Below, one piece after another: positions 60,433-64,000 of a stretch of 64,000 bases of DNA; within the stretch, counting starts at the first letter, position 1, and every line of letters starts with the position of its first letter. Origin of the DNA: Candidatus Latescibacterota bacterium (lineage in GTDB: Bacteria; Latescibacterota; UBA2968; UBA8231); contig OZ242214.1 of assembly GCA_965206595.1 (NCBI GenBank), forward strand, positions 6,496,001 to 6,560,000, given 5' to 3'. Position numbers and translations under genes: made by a program. The notes under the pieces were generated by a model, which saw only the letters and a program-made list of their open reading frames with translations, ran no database searches and had not been told where the DNA came from.

Positions 60433-60888
60433 ATGCGGAGTAAGCACAGTTCTATCGCGATGTTCTTCTTTTTTCTGGGGCTGCTGGCCTTGAGCGGATG
60501 TTACCGGGCGACGGTGCAGACAGGGCTGACGCCCTCGCATATTCAGCACGAAGTCTGGGCGCACAGCTGGATCGCCGACCTGGTTCCGCCGGCTGTCGTC
60601 AAAGCCCAGAGCGAGTGCGAGAACGGAGTCGCTCGAGTGGAAACCGAATTGAGTTTCGTAAATCAACTGGTAGGAGCGGCCACCTTCGGCATCTATACCC
60701 CGATGACCATCAGGGTTACCTGCGCCCAAGCGAACGCGGCCAGCCTCAGCGAATCTTCATCCGTTGTTGCGGTAGACCAATTCGCCGACTACTCGACAAC
60801 GATGTCGGCTTTCTCGGAGGCATCCGAGCTGGCTATCCAGAAGCAGTCACCCGCGTACGTTGTTTTCGAATCATCCACCAGCGAATAG
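60433..60888 (+). CDS. Bor/Iss family lipoprotein
   Basis: Lipobox LSGC; C..GVARVETELSFVNQLVG..TFGIYTPMTIRVTC. Confidence 0.75.
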   Translation: MRSKHSSIAMFFFFLGLLALSGCYRATVQTGLTPSHIQHEVWAHSWIADLVPPAVVKAQSECENGVARVETELSFVNQLVGAATFGIYTPMTIRVTCAQANAASLSESSSVVAVDQFADYSTTMSAFSEASELAIQKQSPAYVVFESSTSE

Positions 60889-60989
60889 GACCAGGATCGC
60901 ACGATCCGGCTCCGCTGATTTCAAGCGGGGCCGAATTTTTGTACCGGCGTGCTCAATCCTCGAAGTCGCTTTCCAATAGCCTCTGAAGC

Positions 60990-61739
60990 ATGCTGCAGCT
61001 GACCAACGTCTCGAAGTCGTTCGGCCACACCGCGGCCCTGCGCCCCACCGACCTGACCATCCAGGCCGGGGTCACCACGGTGCTGATCGGCCCGAGCGGC
61101 TGCGGCAAGTCGACGCTGCTGCGCCTGATGATCTGCCTGATCCGCCCGGACACCGGGACCGTCTCCTTCGACGGCAGGGATTTCGACGACAGCGACGTGC
61201 TCGAGCTGCGCCGCCACATGGGGTACGTGATTCAGGACGGGGGTCTGTTTCCGCACCTGAGCGCGCGCGACAACGCCGCCCTGCTGGCGCGCCACCTCGG
61301 CTGGGACGAGGGCCGCGTCGAGGCCCGCCTGCGCGAGCTGGCGGAGCTGACCCGTTTCCCCTTCGACGGGCTCGAGCGCTTTCCCGCGCAGCTTTCGGGG
61401 GGGCAGAAGCAGCGCGTCAGCCTGATGCGGGCGCTGATGCTCGACCCCGAGGTGCTGCTCCTCGACGAACCGCTGGGCGCCCTCGACCCGATCGTGCGCT
61501 CGGAGCTGCAGGGGGACCTGCGCGACATCTTCAGGGCCCTGCGCAAAACCGTCGTCGCCGTCACCCACGACATCGGCGAGGCCGGCTTCCTCGGCGACCG
61601 CCTCGTGCTCCTGCGGGAAGGGGAAATCGTGCAGCAGGGGACGTTGCAGGAGCTGGTCGACTCGCCGGCGGATCCGTTCGTGTCCCGCTTCATCAACGCG
61701 CAGCGGACGCCGCTGCAGGTCCTCGGAGCGGATTCGTGA
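60990..61739 (+). CDS. ABC transporter ATP-binding protein, osmoprotectant (OpuA/ProV-like) class
   Basis: GPSGCGKS, GYVIQDGGLFPH, LSGGQKQR, LLLDEP, VTHD. Confidence 0.9.
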   Translation: MLQLTNVSKSFGHTAALRPTDLTIQAGVTTVLIGPSGCGKSTLLRLMICLIRPDTGTVSFDGRDFDDSDVLELRRHMGYVIQDGGLFPHLSARDNAALLARHLGWDEGRVEARLRELAELTRFPFDGLERFPAQLSGGQKQRVSLMRALMLDPEVLLLDEPLGALDPIVRSELQGDLRDIFRALRKTVVAVTHDIGEAGFLGDRLVLLREGEIVQQGTLQELVDSPADPFVSRFINAQRTPLQVLGADS

Positions 61740-63253
61740 ACCCGCTCCGCACCGCCGCCGCCGCCGCGGCAGCGGCCCTTCTTCTTACAGGGACGGCCGC
61801 GGCTGAGGCCGGAACCGACCCTCCGCAGATCCGCGTCGGCTCCAAGACGTTCACGGAGAACGTCATTCTCGGCGAGATGGTGGCCCAGCTCGCGGCGGCC
61901 TCCGGGGCCGCGGTCACTCATCAGCGCGAGCTGGGAGGCACCCGGGTCCTGTGGGAGGCCCTGCTGCGCGGCGACCTCGACGCCTACCCCGAGTACACGG
62001 GAACGATCAGCGAGGAGATCCTGGCGGGCAGCGACGTCCACGGCCTGGAGGCGATACGCGCCGCCCTCGAAGAGCACGGCCTGTCGATGAGCCGCCCGAT
62101 AGGCTTCAACAACACCTACGCGATGGGGATGCCGGAGGCGCTCGCCGACAGCCTGGGGATGCGGACCATATCCGACCTCAAGAAGCAGCCCGGCCTCCGC
62201 TTCGGCTTCAGCAACGAGTTCCTCGACCGCGGCGACGGCTGGCCCAGCCTGCGCGACCGCTACGGCCTGCCGCATCGCGACGTCCAGGGGCTGCAGCACG
62301 ACCTCGCCTATCGCGGGATCGAGTCCGGGGACATCGACGTCATCGACATGTATTCGACCGATGCCGAGATCGAGTTCTACAACTTGAGGACCCTTGCAGA
62401 CGACCTCGGCCACTTCCCGGCCTACAACGCCGTCATCCTCTACCGCTCCGACCTCGCCGGCAGGGCCCCGGAGGCGGTGCGCTCTATCCTCCGGCTCGAG
62501 GGGCTCATCGACGACAGGGTTATGTCCGGGCTCAACGGCCGCGCCAAGCTCGAACTCGTGCCCGGGGAAAGGGTCGCCGCGGATTACCTCGCCGCGGCCC
62601 TGAAGGTCGAAAGCGACATCGTCGAAATGACCCTGTGGGACCGCCTGCTGCGGCGCACGCGGGAACACCTCACCCTGACCGGGATCTCGCTGGCCGCGGC
62701 CATCGCCGTCTCCCTGCCCCTGGGGATCCTCGCGGCCAAGTGGGCGCGGCTCGGGCAGGCCATCCTCGCGCTGACCGGGGTCATACAGACGCTGCCGGCC
62801 CTCGCCCTGCTGGTGTTCATGATCCAGCCGTTCGGCATCGGGGAACCGCCGGCCATCGCCGCCCTCTTCCTCTACAGCCTGCTGCCGATCGTGCGCAACA
62901 CCTGCACCGGCCTCCGCGACATACCGGGCCCCCTGCGGGAGTCGGCCGCGGCCCTCGGCCTGCCTCCGTTGGTGCGGCTGCGGCGCATAGAGCTGCCCCT
63001 CGCTTCGCGCGCGATCCTGGCCGGCATCAAGACTTCGGCGGTCATCAACGTCGGCTTCGCCACCATCGGCGCCTTCATTGGCGCCGGCGGCTACGGGCAG
63101 CCGATCATGACCGGCCTGCGGCTCGCCGACAACCGGCTGATCATGGAAGGGGCCATCCCAGCGGCACTCCTCGCCCTGGCGGTGCAGGGGCTGTTCGAGC
63201 TTTCGGAGCGGGTGCTGGTGCCCAAGGGCCTGCGCCTCGAGCCGGTGGAATAG
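61736..63253 (+). CDS. Fused betaine-class substrate-binding domain (OpuAC-like) + ABC permease; candidate ergothioneine/hercynine importer
   Basis: VGSKTFTE, YPEYTGT, GFNNTYA, YSTD, FPAY; permease IQTLPALAL, LYSLLPIVRNT, ESAAALGL, IELPLA, GAGGYG. Confidence 0.85.
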   Translation: MNPLRTAAAAAAAALLLTGTAAAEAGTDPPQIRVGSKTFTENVILGEMVAQLAAASGAAVTHQRELGGTRVLWEALLRGDLDAYPEYTGTISEEILAGSDVHGLEAIRAALEEHGLSMSRPIGFNNTYAMGMPEALADSLGMRTISDLKKQPGLRFGFSNEFLDRGDGWPSLRDRYGLPHRDVQGLQHDLAYRGIESGDIDVIDMYSTDAEIEFYNLRTLADDLGHFPAYNAVILYRSDLAGRAPEAVRSILRLEGLIDDRVMSGLNGRAKLELVPGERVAADYLAAALKVESDIVEMTLWDRLLRRTREHLTLTGISLAAAIAVSLPLGILAAKWARLGQAILALTGVIQTLPALALLVFMIQPFGIGEPPAIAALFLYSLLPIVRNTCTGLRDIPGPLRESAAALGLPPLVRLRRIELPLASRAILAGIKTSAVINVGFATIGAFIGAGGYGQPIMTGLRLADNRLIMEGAIPAALLALAVQGLFELSERVLVPKGLRLEPVE

Positions 63254-63340
63254 AACCGGAGCGATCACCCCGTGTCACGTCTCTGGAACAGATTGGCGGA
63301 AGCCGGCCGCCGGGGCGCCCGCCTCGAGCCGGTGGAATAG
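63233..63340 (+). repeat. Perfect 21-bp direct repeat CGCCTCGAGCCGGTGGAATAG (63233-63253, 63320-63340)
   Basis: Duplicates the last six sense codons plus the stop of the permease gene, 66 nt apart. Confidence 0.85.
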
Positions 63341-63353
63341 CCCGGGAGCCTGA

Positions 63354-64000
63354 ACGATCGCACGCTTCGCTGTCCAGCCCGCCTCCCCCGCCGCGGTCAC
63401 CCTCCTGGCCGCGGACGGCCGCGTCCATTCCGACGATTTCGCCGGCGACGTCAGGGCCGGCCTGACCGCCTCCCCGAAACGGCTGTCCTGCCGCTACTTC
63501 TACGACGAAGCCGGCTCGAAGCTGTTCGAGGAGATCTGCGGCCTCCCCGAGTACTACCTGACCCGGGCCGAGCACGCCATCCTCGAGGAGCGCGCCGCCG
63601 CGATCGCCGCCCTGTTCGCCGGCTGCGTCACCCTCGTCGAGCTCGGCAGCGGCTCCGCGCTCAAGACGCGGCTGCTGATCGAGGCCCTGATCGAGCGCCA
63701 GGGCAACCTGCGGTTCATTCCCGTCGACATCTCGCGGTCAGCCCTGGAGGAAAGCTCGGCCGCCCTGGCCGGGGAGTTCGAGGACCTCGAGATCCTCGCC
63801 GTCGCCGGGGAGTACGGGGACGGCCTCGAGTACCTCCGGCAGCACCCCGGGGGCCGGCGGCTGATCCTGTGGCTGGGGTCGAACGTCGGCAACTTCGAGC
63901 GGGCCGAGGCCGCTGACTTCATCGCCGGAGTGCGCGCCGCCATGTCTGCGGACGACCGCTTTCTCGCCGGGATCGACCTGCGCAAGGAACGGGCCGTGCT
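63354..64000 (+). CDS. egtD: L-histidine N-alpha-methyltransferase (ergothioneine biosynthesis), partial; start codon non-canonical or lost
   Basis: Not in ORF track. Hand translation DVRAGLTASPKRLSCRYFYDEAGSKLFEEICGLPEYYLTRAE..LVELGSGSALKTRLL..PVDIS..LWLGSNVGNF..GIDLRK; runs off window. Confidence 0.85.

Noticed and set aside
61750-61776. GCC trinucleotide run
   Set aside because: Encodes poly-Ala in a signal peptide; length change would not shift the frame.

Overview
High-GC bacterial window with no rRNA, tRNA, CRISPR array or intact transposase/integrase that I could see. The gene content (FlgD/T9SS-type C-terminal domains, DUF6785/DUF6784 membrane proteins, sulfatases, Gfo/Idh/MocA oxidoreductases) resembles Latescibacterota/Gemmatimonadota-like FCB-group genomes (inference). 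(1) 1-22.9 kb is a divergent envelope locus. Leftward are a discoidin/FlgD protein and at least three ~890-aa paralogous secreted proteins with beta-barrel-like strands and, in the two complete copies, Asp/Asn-rich Ca-binding-like blocks. Rightward are a double-FlgD protein, a DUF4159 protein, an AgmX/TonB-C lipoprotein, a small lipoprotein, a 1669-aa inactive-M28/FtsX fusion, a DUF6785/6784 membrane protein and a sulfatase. (2) 22.9-49.5 kb is a catabolic patchwork: tandem-duplicated heparinase II/III-like genes, GH28, an atypical GH32, a sulfatase, an esterase, two Gfo/Idh/MocA proteins, two MFS/spermidine-synthase fusions, a GT-C/TPR protein and several gene remnants. (3) 49.5-57.2 kb is a decayed defence-like island: a PD-(D/E)xK-like + PIN pair, and a DUF4011-helicase fused by deletion to a frameshifted DUF3883 gene. 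(4) 57.4-64 kb holds a propeller hydrolase, DCC1, a ceramidase-like protein, Bor, and a betaine-class ABC importer next to egtD. The best candidate for an undescribed system is the 1-22.9 kb locus, possibly a non-SusCD surface capture/import apparatus for sulfated glycans. All family calls are by motif recognition, not database search.
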